From: Phallusia mammillata
Taxonomy: Eukaryota
Direction: 5' to 3'
Length of the DNA stretch: 64,000 bases
Assembly (NCBI GenBank): GCA_965637545.1
Contig: OZ281501.1
Span: 5,146,001-5,210,000 of the forward strand
Positions within the stretch are counted from its first letter, which is position 1. Every line of letters starts with the position of its first letter. This document shows, in pieces, positions 1 through 10,980 of the stretch. Made by a program: the position numbers and the translations under genes. Under the pieces are notes generated by a model. That model saw only the letters and a program-made list of their open reading frames with translations. It was not told where the DNA came from and made no database searches.

Positions 1-326
1 GGTGACACTTTGGAAACAATAAACTCAAAAATAATATCCCATTTAAATAATTATCATGTAATTAAAATCTGATTTGCGAACGAAGACCTAAAAATATATG
101 GGTGAGTTTTTGCATTGCGATTTTTAAGTACCGATTGGTCAAAATACAAGTGTTCTATTTTGTCAAACACTAAACGTCACAGCTCCGGCTATAATGACGT
201 CACATATATTACGTAATAAGAGATTGGTCTCCATAGTTACTATTCAAAATCTGAAATGTTACTGATCTTGTGCTTTGTAATTCATTCCTTTGTAGACAAA
301 AACACCTAGCTACTCAGACGAACCTA

Positions 327-439
327 AAACGCATATTGACGTAATGCATATAACGCCACAATAAAGTCATTTGGAAAGATCTGAAACCCATATTGACGTA
401 ATGCATATAACGCCACAATAAAGTCATTTAGAAAGATCT
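327..439. repeat. ~57-bp direct tandem duplication
   Basis: catattgacgtaatgcatataacgccacaataaagtcattt.gaaagatct occurs twice, nearly identical. Confidence 0.9.
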
Positions 440-1074
440 CATCCTAACAAAACTTTGGCACAAATTTTACATTACACATTTTTTCTCAAACTCTTGTACA
501 ATGTACTTGTGTCTTGCTTTTCTATTGCGCTATTGAACAAATCTTGTGTCAGTGTTGCTGTCGTTTATTTATTGCGTCACACTCGCCCCTTATTACGTTG
601 TTTTCTTTTTTTGAGATTCGTCTTTAGAGTTGAACGGTTGTTCAACAATTCAAGACTCGTTCGTGAAAAAATAAGTCTTGGACTGTTGCTGTACTCTGTT
701 CTTTTGTAATGTACAATCCACAGTTCGTCGGTTCGAATCCGATGTTGTCGGCAAAAATTTCGATACAGATTTGTAATTATTCCTGTTACAGTAAGGCAAA
801 GAACAATTTAAACACTTTGAAGTGGATATGACCCGAATATCGCTTAATTAAAAAACTGCACGCTTTACGCCATCTGACCTTGAGAAAATACGCGAAAATG
901 GCATAAAATCACTTGCTTACAAAAACAATATGAAACACATGATAAATTATCATTAAGAAATCTCACTTAAATATTATGCCAATCCTTATGCCGTATTAAT
1001 AAGCGCACAACAAGTGAGACGTAAAGCCAAGATTAACTTCTTGCTATTACCTCACATGAGTAAATATCAAACTA

Positions 1075-1247
1075 CAGTAAACCACGGCCAATCCGGACTC
1101 GTTTGGAACAAAATAAAAAGTCCGCATTGGGCGAAGATCCCGATTAACCGATGTCGATTAGTTCACGCCTTCCCACATAGCAAATCATTTGCACCTCGAG
1201 TTTTTTTTCCGAATTAGGCGAAGATCCGGTTTAATCGAGGTTTACTG
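1075..1247. mobile_element. Tc1/mariner-like MITE
   Basis: Termini CAGTAAACC.CG / CG.GGTTTACTG flanked by TA on both sides. Related copies at ~30670-30800, ~42220-42360 and ~44350-44410. Confidence 0.75.
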
Positions 1248-1372
1248 TATATCTCAAGTATAGTTTAAAAATGCTACTGCGTGAAAAAGTACTAGGACAG
1301 CCATGTGAGCAAAAGTTTGGCAAAACGATTATGTAAATACATATTTTATCGCAGTTTATCACTTCCGTATTT

Positions 1373-4300
1373 TTAGACCTTAAAATATCCCGAGGAAATA
1401 GACTTTTGTCCGTTGCGAGGTGCAGAGCCATGGGACCATTCCCAAGTCTGGATTGGCACCGTAACCGGCCGACCGCGATGGTCAAGTTTGACGTAGCACC
1501 TGTAATGACGTAGGATAAATTTATGCTACAGCTGTGGACCAGAATGTGTGAAAAAAAAGAATGTGTTAGCTGTTGATTGTTACAGCTTTTATAATTTTGG
1601 TTTGTATTCCGGGAGTAAAATACCATGAACATGTTAGATCAGTGGTTCCCAACCGGGGACGAATTTTAAAACTTGATGGGAGGAACTTCAATTTGAAGCC
1701 TACATTTGAGTCATAAATAAACACTTAAGCTGTGCGAAAATAACCTGTGAAGTTGATAAAAGACCCGATTTTAAAGTATATTTGTATGGTTAATTATCTA
1801 CTATGTAGTCTATTGGGCAGCAACAAAAATGTTTTGAATTGTCAAGAGAGTATTTCCACGATAAAGGTTGGAAACTAATGTGAAATTTAACCCTATCCAG
1901 TAACCAGCAGCAACGATTTGAACACATTCTTATGAGTTTTAACATGTGTTGACATATTATCTTGAGGTAGGTCCAATAAAGATAATGCCTTTACTGATAC
2001 AACTTACTTTCTATTAGGCCTGGTCACATGACAAAGTGTGATGAGTGCCAATTCTAGTTCCGGACTTTTTCCAATCATCACCCCACTCAACGGTTTCATG
2101 TAATTGTCCCATTGGAACCTTGCTCCAAAAATGTTCGGCTGTAAAAAAAACTATCGGTTTTGCTTTGTGTTCAAGTTATCGATGGACAACACAAAACTCA
2201 TGCATAATGTTTGTTTTTTTTTAACTTTAAAGTGAAATTGAGTTGGAACACATGCATTTTCTGCAATACATTAAACTATTAAAGTATTAGTTTAAAACAC
2301 AAATAGTATTTTTAAGGCCTGGTTTATCGTTTTGTGACATTAATTAGTCTACTTAATTTAGCCTTCTATGTGACTTTTAGAAATAGTTTACTTTTAAATT
2401 TGTCCTTAACCAAAGTTTTTATTTGCTAAAATTGGTATCAATTTCACTACCTTGCGTTTATGCACGTATCCGTGATAGTTGAGGTTTCCACTTTGTTCTT
2501 CCAAGTAAAGTTGAACCCAATTGTGAAAACCTGATACTTTGTTATATTTCACTTCGCCAACAAAAACGTGCTCAAACCTGTACAAAAATAAACTCTTTAA
2601 TCCAAACTTAAATCAGTTTTCCCACTAACAAGCATTTTTACGAATGTTACTCAGCACACAGTCGGGCCGGACATTTCGGGTTTGGTTCGGATTCATGGTT
2701 AGCTTTTTTAACAAAACCGTTTCGGGCCTGACTTCACGTATTGCGTCCGTAATTGTTTTTGTGAATATAAATTTCCTAGCTAAGGAGCTAATTGCTGGAT
2801 ATAACCCAACAGCCCTAAAATGTGTTGGGGCCATTGTCTATTATTGTCCAATGTGCATGTCTTCTATATGTTTGTATATGCTACCTAGAGAAAATAACAA
2901 AATAACAAGCATATGATTCAAATTTTAACATTGTATTTAGGAACACTAAACACGGACTTGAAGAGTAATTTAAAAAGTTCTTTAGCACTTTAGCAGTTAT
3001 GTTTATGATCAAATTACCGCTGTATGCTTTAACAAAACGTATTTAGAAAAGTTGATTACCCGCACGAGTCATGTACTCTGTTCATCCTGCTGAATGTCTG
3101 GAACCAAATCGTATGGAGCATATGTTTAAAACCGGATAAACCTCCTGATCCAGCCAGCCCTGAGCGAAAAAAGTGGGGTTACTTGAGTTCATACACTTCA
3201 CAAAGGTTAATTTGGGTCACAATTGTTAATGTTCAACAAAAGGTTATACTTCACGCCTGATGGAACCGATAACGTCACCCAATACAATTTATGACGTCAT
3301 AGTTGGCAACTCGTGTCATAAACAAACATAAAGAACAAATATCGGTAAGATAGGCTACCTTTGCTGTTCATGAAGTCATACAGCCTTCGACCAACATTGG
3401 TTGCTAAAACTTGGTCAAGAAATTGATTGACTTCATCACGTTCCTGTTGTGTCACAACTTCCCTTCTGCCCTGCTGTCGTTCGTAGTTGTCAAGAAGAGC
3501 AATTAGGGAACGAAAAGTCGGCTGTTCTAAAATCTCTGGGTCAACGTAGGTGAAAAATCTGCACAAATCAACCTTTGACGTTTCTTGACGTCTAACTCAG
3601 TAGTTCCCAACCGGGGTGGAATTTTAAAGACGATTGAGGAATTTACTTTAATTTTAACACATTGTGGTTTGTACTTTAGCTCTGGGTATATAACAGGGGT
3701 GGCCAAACTGCGGCTCTCGAGCCGCATGCGGCTCTTTGAGCCTTTGATTGCGGCTCTTTAATGCTGCACATTCAATAACTGCAAAGTTTAGCCAAAAAAA
3801 AACGTTGTTGAGAAATAACTGCAAAAAAAGAAAGATAAACAGGAAAATATAACTTTTTAAACAGAATGGGAGGAGGAGTTTGCATTCATTAATAATGGAG
3901 GTAAACCTGTGTGTCTTATTTGTCCAGATTCGCTCAATCATTACAAAACTAGTAACTTGAAACGTCATTACGAAGCTTAACACAAAAACTTTCCCATCAT
4001 ATCAGCCTAATTTCAAACACCTTGCAGCCCAGGTGGAGACACACAGCATCACCACACAACAATCATTATTTGATAGCGTAGACTTCATTGTGAGTGAATA
4101 AATTCGTTTTTGATTTTTTGTCTTGCGGCTCTTTTTAAACTAGGTTTTGTGATATGCGGCTCGAGCATGAAGCAGGTCTGGCCACCCCTGGTATATAACC
4201 TGTAAAGTTGATTATAGACCCAGTATTAAATGATCTTTTTTGTGGTTTAGCATCAGCTTTGTAGTCTTTGGGGAGGAATGAATATGTATTAATTTGTTAA

Positions 4301-4672
4301 GTAAGGAATTCGTCGATAAAGTTGGGAACCACTGGTTTAACTTTTCACAAATGCTTACGGCTGAAAAGAGCGATCAACATTGTCCCCGTAGTTGAGGTTT
4401 TCTTGGGCGTTGATTGTGACATTATTAGCATGATTGTTGTCGAGATTCCACAATTCAAGGGATAGTTCTTTAATTTCTCGATTGCTGACTATATTCCTGG
4501 CAGCTTGTCCTTTACTCCTGGCAGCTTGTCCTTTACCTATTTACAGTGCAAAGCGTTTAGTTAAGTTTAAGTTGAGCTTTATGTTGCCCCCTAACTTGCA
4601 GTACTTACTTTGGAAGGCGTAGACTGTTGCAATGGTCAGAAAAAATGTAAACAACAAAGTTTTAATCATCAT
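1373..4672 (-). CDS. ENDOU: Secreted EndoU-family (XendoU/PP11) endoribonuclease, paralog 1, lacking somatomedin-B domains; 7 exons, ~308 aa
   Basis: Exons 4672-4609, 4536-4359, 3558-3359, 3159-3060, 2577-2451, 2138-2008, 1499-1373 are all GT-AG and phase-compatible (927 nt). Signal-peptide-like start [19 protein letters not shown]. EndoU motifs [36 protein letters not shown] and [19 protein letters not shown] retain the catalytic His/His/Lys positions. Confidence 0.93.
1640..1880. mobile_element. hAT MITE (CAGTGGTTCCCAACC family), right end degenerate
   Basis: Left TIR and internal sequence are shared with the elements at 3598-4334 and 21422-21701. Confidence 0.65.
2660..2840. mobile_element. 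Degenerate copy of the GTCGGGCC/CCCGAA MITE family
   Basis: Similar to 8691-8970 and 14899-15256 (gtcgggccggacatttcggg...acagccctaaaa). Confidence 0.6.
3598..4334. mobile_element. hAT MITE carrying a nested second hAT element
   Basis: TIRs CAGTAGTTCCCAAC / GTTGGGAACCACTG; TSD gtctaact/gtttaact (7 of 8 match). Confidence 0.8.
3694..4190 (+). mobile_element. Non-autonomous hAT (Buster/Charlie/SPIN-like) element with a decayed zinc-finger remnant
   Basis: TIRs CAGGGGTGGCCA / TGGCCACCCCTG and perfect 8-bp TSD gtatataa. 3864-3990 translates [20 protein letters not shown]...[10 protein letters not shown], resembling the GTF2IRD2/SPIN-type transposase N-terminus. Confidence 0.85.
4495..4536 (-). 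repeat. Perfect in-frame 21-bp tandem duplication (SKGQAAR x2) in EndoU paralog 1
   Basis: tcctggcagcttgtcctttac at 4495-4515 and 4516-4536. Confidence 0.95.
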
Positions 4673-6045
4673 GTAATACATCAAGCCACCTTTTCTTTAC
4701 TTATTAATGCACATTTTTGCAAACTGTTGCACATATATTGTCTGCAAAAATTCGGACCTATAACTCAACTCAATTTTGTAACACAACTTTCGTAACATAT
4801 CTTTTTTACTTTCTATAACATCTGAAAATGATCACAATCCTTTAGCAGTGCTGGCTTGTAAAACAGCTATCAGCAAAACTTGAATGAGAGCCTGGTGTTA
4901 AATAGGACAAGTGGACTCACAAAATCAATATTTAAACTGTGTTGTGAACTTAAATCAATACAAGTGGATTTATAACAGGCACTCGTTACGTTCTTTACTT
5001 TTTGTGACGTCGCAGAAAGTTTCGTTACGTCACGATGGCATAACACCAAGCAACGAAAATGCCTTGACTTTTCCTTTTAAGACAGTTTTAAGTAGCCTTA
5101 TTTCCGTAACAGGTTTCTATCGAAAATACACAGCAAAAAAGTAGGAAAACAAAATTAAATGCTACTATACATTATTTTGCACCTTTAAGTTAAATTTAAG
5201 TAAGTTTCAGTCCAAAAATAAAAATAACTATTTCACGTGAACAACTTATTCTGTTATACCTGCGTATCCTGTAGTATTCGACTTATATTAATAACCTGTA
5301 ACCTTTTTACTATGTCTGTAGCTCATATTTAGTCGCCTCGGAGAAGAATTATTCATTCCCTTTTTCAGATTCTTTACAAGTCACAATAAGTTAATTTTTC
5401 CGCCATAACGACTAGATATTTCGATTTGTTAAATACAACACCAAGTTTTAAGAACAGGTTAATGTTGTCTGTGAAGGCGGTTAGATGTTAAAAATCAGCT
5501 ACGTACGGTACTTCGAGTTTTAACCTACTTCCTTGCTATGATACTAACAAATCTGTCTGTCAGTTTACACTTTACAGACAATGGTATCACGCCAAAAACG
5601 TCACACAGCTAAATTTCAAACAGCCATTGTTCACTTTTATGCCTAAACTAGGAAGAACTTTGGAAGCAAGTAGCAGGGGAAACCTGTATGGTCACTTTGC
5701 GTCTCTTCTTTAACCACTTTTTACATGGAGTTAACCGTCTTGCTAGTCGTTAATTCTTATTTTTTTGGCACTATTTGAAAGTCACCTAAAAAACAAACCC
5801 AAACTTGCATTGGACTTTGAAACACAATGCATCTCTGTTTGTTCGTTTGTTGTGACACAATAAGAACAACGCGCCATTTGATTTTGATTTACAATCCTTC
5901 CATTCCTAATAATTGTGATTGACACCCATTGCATGAATTTGCAGTTCGTCTGCAGGCACAAAACAGTTCAATTAGCCGAAACACGTGCGTTTGAAAGGTT
6001 GCTGCACTGGCAGTCATTTTGCTGGTACGTCTGCAGTACCAGAAC

Positions 6046-6380
6046 GTTTACAGGCAGAACAACATGAGTTTAGTGTTGAGATTCAACGTGATCAGGTATT
6101 ATGTTGATGTGTACGATTGTGTTTTGTACTGCTTTTTAATATCTAGCTTGGTCTTTTTGAAGTGACTGATCATTTACAGCAAAACAGTACATGTTGTTTA
6201 GTTTTGAGATTCAGTATATATTATGTTGAACAGCTAGTGTGATTGTGTTTTGTTCTGCTTGTTTAACATCTAATTTGGTTTTTTTTGGAGTGCTAAATCG
6301 TTTACAGAAAAGTAGCTCATTTCGTCTCAGTGTTAGGATTCTGCAGGTATTTTGTTGTGTGATTGTGTTTTGCTCTGTGG
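6046..6380. repeat. Degenerate ~125-bp tandem repeat, about 2.6 copies
   Basis: Units start c(g/a)tttacag at ~6046, ~6170 and ~6299 and share ttgagattc / tattatgttga / gattgtgttttg blocks. Confidence 0.65.
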
Positions 6381-6702
6381 TATCAATACGGAACCGATGG
6401 ATTTTCCGACGATCAGCAGAAGTGTTCAGAGCTAAACTTAAAGGTGAGATTTTCTGGTTTTGTTGTTAAACGTATTAAGCGATTTTGTGAACTGTAAAAT
6501 CTTGATCTACTATGGCCATGGAGCAACTTAAACATGTGATTAAGGTTTAAAGCAGGAGAAACCTTTATTGTTTTTTAATATTTCGTGGCCTCTTATTTCC
6601 ATTAAGTGAGGACAAATGCGGAAAATACCTTACGCATCTCTTGGTCAAATCAACTCAAAAAACAACAATAAAATTTGATAGGTCGTTTAAATACGTTTTA
6701 TC

Positions 6703-6850
6703 ATAGTACGCCAGGCCTGTTCAAGGCGTTATACCGAATCAGCTGGTCTCCCAAGCATTCCCATATGGCAAGGCATAGACTAGAAAAATCTAGCCTGCGG
6801 TGGGATTCGAACCCACGACAGGAGTCTTTCCGGGACTCGCGCTCTACCAA
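6703..6850 (-). mobile_element. tRNA-derived SINE, 5'-truncated
   Basis: Reverse-strand copy of the 13598 and 17519 elements, with B-box GGTTCGAATCC followed by the shared body gccttgccatatggg..aatgcttgg..accrgctgattcggtat. Confidence 0.85.
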
Positions 6851-7369
6851 ATACGTTTTACGTATAATTTTTTGGTTTCAAGTCACAAAAACAAAATTAC
6901 TAAACGCCAACTATCATATAATGACACTAATTAGAGGCGATTGTTTTTCGGTTTCTGATATCTGATAGTTTTCTTAAATGCATCACTTAACGTACCAGGT
7001 AGATAATACTATGGACAGTCCTATTTCTTTGTTTTGTGTAATATTGTAGAAAAAAGCACAAAATTAACGCACAAAATGTGAACCACTCTGAATTTGACGC
7101 AAGGTTGCAAACAATTAAAACACAACACTAAAAACTTTATTTGTAAGTGTAAATTATTTATTAGCAGTGACATGAAAAAAAAAAATGATTACCGATAATG
7201 TATGCTAAACACGTTGCCCCGTATGAATCTTCACGAATATTTGTTCATACCAAATACCACTACATGCAGTTACGCAAAAATACACGTCATGCTTATTCAG
7301 TTGACAAACAATGTCAAAACCTAAACTTTGTCCTTGTCGGTAAAACTACCAACACATGAACTCACGGCA

Positions 7370-7930
7370 CGCAGGTTTGCTAAATTCCGGTAGGTGGCGC
7401 ACTCAAATATTTTAAATGCAGTTTGTGTAAAAAATGCTGACGGTAAAAAAAAATGCTGACGGTTAGGGCTGTTACGGTTTGATCATAATAATAACAATAA
7501 CATTAACCTAAAGACCTAGTTGATAATGTTAAATGTAGTTCCTAACTCTATCCCAGTTTCACTGTTTTTTTTAAATAGCTGCGCTCTTTACGATCTCTAT
7601 CGGTATTTAACAAACCGTGTGGGTAGAGCTACTAACACCATAACTCACTTGACACCCAAAGTCGATTTGGTTATATCTCCAAAAATGCTTACGGTTAGGG
7701 CTATTAGGGTCGGGGTAAGGTATTAGCACTTAAAATTCAATAAAACTAACCCAAAAAATGAGTTACTAATGTAAAAAAATTAAAAACTTATTTCCCAACC
7801 CATTTATAGCCGCTAAATAGAAAATTCAGCTCTTTACGCCCCCTAATCGACTTTGGGTGTCAAGTGAGTTATGGCTCTACCAACCGTGTGTGCTGTGTGC
7901 AGTGAGTTCCTGTGTTAGTAGCTCTACCGT
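7370..7930. mobile_element. Nested MITE cluster (TAGGTGGCG and GGTAGAGC-CATAACTCAC families)
   Basis: Inverted pair 7638-7667 / 7845-7874 (ccataactcacttgacacccaaagtcgatt) and 7622-7638 / 7912-7928. Related sequence at 12800-12900, 13365-13870, 13934-14160 and 16405-16430. Confidence 0.7.
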
Positions 7931-7995
7931 CCATATCAACGGCCATCTCGAAGAAAACAACAACCATTAACTTCTTTCAAAGTAAAAGATTGTTA

Positions 7996-9200
7996 TCATA
8001 CAACGTCGTGGAGTGTTGCAATTTTGTTGGCCTCTTTTCGAATCTTCTTTAAAACTGCTAAGTTGGGACATTTATCATTACATCCACTTAGACATTCGTC
8101 TTGTGTCAACTTGTTGAGAGTGTTCAGAAAGTCCTCAGTAACATGACTTGCAGCAATTTGTTCGTCTTTATGTCGAATGTTGCCATCAAAAATGACTTTT
8201 CCTTTTTTGTCCGGAGATATGCTAACTGAAAACCTAACTGGACAATTGGTAAGCACACAATAACCAGAGCATGAGAAAGTATCTGTATCCTTGCGTCTCG
8301 ACTGAGCTGTCTGAACGCGATGGCTTCGAAACGCAAATGTACAAACGTTGTTGTGATTTTTTAGTTGTTGAATAATCCAGTCTTTCCAGCAACTGTCCGT
8401 AAATGTTCTTCCTTTTTGAGTTGCGCGGCATTTCTCCCATACAAATTTGTCAACTTTAATTTGCCCAAAAGACGGTGATTTAGCAGGCGACCCTTGATCT
8501 TCTGTGTTGTGAATTTTGTCCTGCATTTGCTTTAACAACTTACGGTTGCGTCTGAAAGGCAAAATAAATGTGTTATCATTTCAAACGAAAACAAACATTA
8601 CGTACACAATGCACGGTTCTAAATATTCTGACCAAAAATATACAAGCCAGTATTTAAGTGTAAAACATCACAACGTTCTGAAAGTTACATCAGAGTTGTA
8701 AGTCGGGCCTGGCTTTACAATCTGTGTTAGTATTTTTTCAATAAATTTATCTAGCTATGTAGCCAGTTGCTATACCTGACCTAATGTCAAACAGCCCTAA
8801 AACTCCTTGCTGAAGGCCATTTGTCTGTTGTGTTTGTTGTCTAGGTCTTTCCTGAGGCTTTAATGTCTAAGCCTAGGCTAACAGCTGTCACTCAAACTTT
8901 CGGGCCTAAACTGGCTTCCTAAAAACGATTCGGGTTCGGGCTCAAATTTCAGGCCCGTTTACAACTCTTGAGTTACATCCCTTCTGTTCGTTTTACTAAA
9001 TGACAAAAGAAACTGTCGAAACGTTTTGATGTTTTACACACAAATACTGGCTTGTATCTTTTTGCTCACAAAATAATACATCTTAAAAGTGAAACGTACC
9101 TGCAACGTTGCATAAAGCGAACGACATTTTTGCTCGAATAACACCTCTTCATTATTTTCAAATAAGTGCGGGCATCTTTGTATGAACACGTTTGTTCCAT
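7996..9200 (-). CDS. Transposase-derived (Mutator/NOF-FB-like) N-terminal zinc DNA-binding region; possible 2-exon 218-aa ORF, truncated before any DDE domain
   Basis: ORF 7996-8562 contains CTFAF...FSCSGYC-x4-C-x23-H, resembling the WRKY/GCM1-type domain of MULE transposases. A strong acceptor (tttattttgcctttcag|, exon start 8551) joins in phase 2 to an ATG-initiated exon 9200-9100 ending AG|gtacgt. Family call is by pattern recognition only. Confidence 0.5.
8629..9068. mobile_element. Older MITE with ~49-bp inverted arms, interrupted by the 8691-8970 element
   Basis: 8629-8677 and 9020-9068 are reverse complements with about 5 mismatches. Confidence 0.65.
8691..8970. mobile_element. hAT MITE (CAGAGTTGTAA termini)
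   Basis: Perfect 8-bp TSD agttacat at 8683-8690 and 8971-8978; same family as 14899-15256. Confidence 0.85.
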
Positions 9201-9289
9201 ATCGTTCTTGCAGCTTGTGTAGTTGTATCTTTGAGCAGTGTTACAACGTGTGTTTTGCCTTGAACTGAATTGCCTTAAACTTTGCTGAC

Positions 9290-9331
9290 ATATATAAGCC
9301 AGGGCCGGAAAACCTGATTACAGCTGATTGG
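9290..9331 (-). promoter_or_regulatory. CCAAT box plus TATA-like element upstream of the transposase-derived ORF
   Basis: Minus strand has CCAAT at 9331-9327 and TATATAT at 9296-9290, about 90 nt upstream of the ATG at 9200. Confidence 0.4.
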
Positions 9332-10980
9332 TGAACGCCGCCAACGGCACCACAGGGAGCTTGCACCCTTGTATAGTGCGATTCCACTGATGGTTCCGTC
9401 TTCCGAGACGGCAGTAATTACCAACCTAACAAACAAATTAACTCTAGAATAAGAATCCTCAGATCCAAGAACATAAGAGCACCCTTATCTATATTTCTTG
9501 CTAACAAGTAGATTTCTTGGAACATTGATGTTTTAGAAAAATATTGGTACGACGCGACTTTAGCTTTGAGACAAGCGCCGATAAGGGCTAAAGTTGGACG
9601 TGCGATAACTTTTGCAAAAGAAATAAGTGTACCGTGTTTATTTACACAATTATAGCTGCATACCTCACTAAAGCACACTGAAAATTTCGCGTAATGTTGT
9701 GTGTCAAACATTGTTTTATTTTAGAAAAGAAATGATAAGAGGATCAGAGCGCCCGCCGGCTAATGGCTTGGGAGATAGCCGTCGATTCTGAGGTTTGAGG
9801 TTTTTTTCTGCTTCGAAAGCATATCGGTACGTTTTCAGTTGCCTTATTAATGATCTACACATTTATCCGACCGTCTGCCACCATGTCTGAAAATGTTAAG
9901 CTGTGCCTAGTACATAGACCAGCACAAACGTTTTATCGGTATCACAACCCTAAAGTCTAAACAGCTAGTTAATTGAAACCAATCTTCTATTAGGGTAAAT
10001 TTTATGACAAATTTATTGATCAGGAAATATTATGGTAATGATTAAGGCACCAGTGTTAACTTTTAACGGTAATACCAATGATAAAGAAATACAGTATTTC
10101 TTCAAATTACCTTCGTTCGTCGTTTAGCCTCTAAAGCCCTCAAAACAACAAAAAATGTTGGTTGTACTTGTTTGGTTTTACCATTTCAACGTTTTTAACA
10201 TCACTCCTACCTAATTATTCTCTAACTGCCCTTCATACTTGAAAATACCCCCTGGGGGAAGCTATAAGCTATAGCACCCAGTATATTTAATAATCATGAT
10301 TTCGAACACTTACATACTTCGACGTGTGCCGCAAACTAGTGTAAATTTCCTTTTCACAGATAATATGTGCCGAAAAATTTACTTATAAAATGATAACTGT
10401 TGTTTCCAGTGAAAACCTCATGTATTAACATTATTGTTTTGTAGTAACGGGATCAAGCTTTTTAAAGCAATACTTCATTTAAAAATGCTTGAAGAGTGTA
10501 AGCTTGAAGAATATCTACTCGGGTCCAAGTAACACGTACACGCAGCATGGCAGGTGTTAACGTGCTCCTTCCATTCCTTGAGCACGATCGTTACGTCAAC
10601 TGATGACGTGTTTGGCTTCAAGTGTGTTGACCCACGCCCCTCCCTATTTCCAACAAGAAAAGTAACAAGCACCCCACTGATGTAAATATAGACTCCTGTA
10701 TTTGCTATTGCGTCAACTGTTTTCCAGTTATTACTTGACAAATATTGTTTCAGACGTTAGTCTTGGTGGGAACTTGACAGCCTGTCTTCTGTGAGGTTAC
10801 TTATGGCTCAATAGTTTCTTGCTACCTTAGCATTTTGTCTGGAAGTTTCTAGAGGTAAATGAGATTGGGGTTTCTACTGGGTATTAGTTGTAATGGCTTG
10901 CGGACCAGAAGATCAACTCAAACCGTTTTCATTTTGTGTGTGCATTTACAAATGTATTTTTGCAGGTTTTCCTGATTATA

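Noticed and set aside
716-760. tRNA-like GGTTCGAATCC (similar at 13470-13495)
   Set aside because: Isolated B-box without an A-box or cloverleaf; at most a SINE remnant.
9396-9411. GC-rich hairpin CCGTCT-TCCG-AGACGG as a Helitron 3' end or ncRNA
   Set aside because: No CTRR terminus at the expected distance and no match to snRNA or SL RNA sequences I know.
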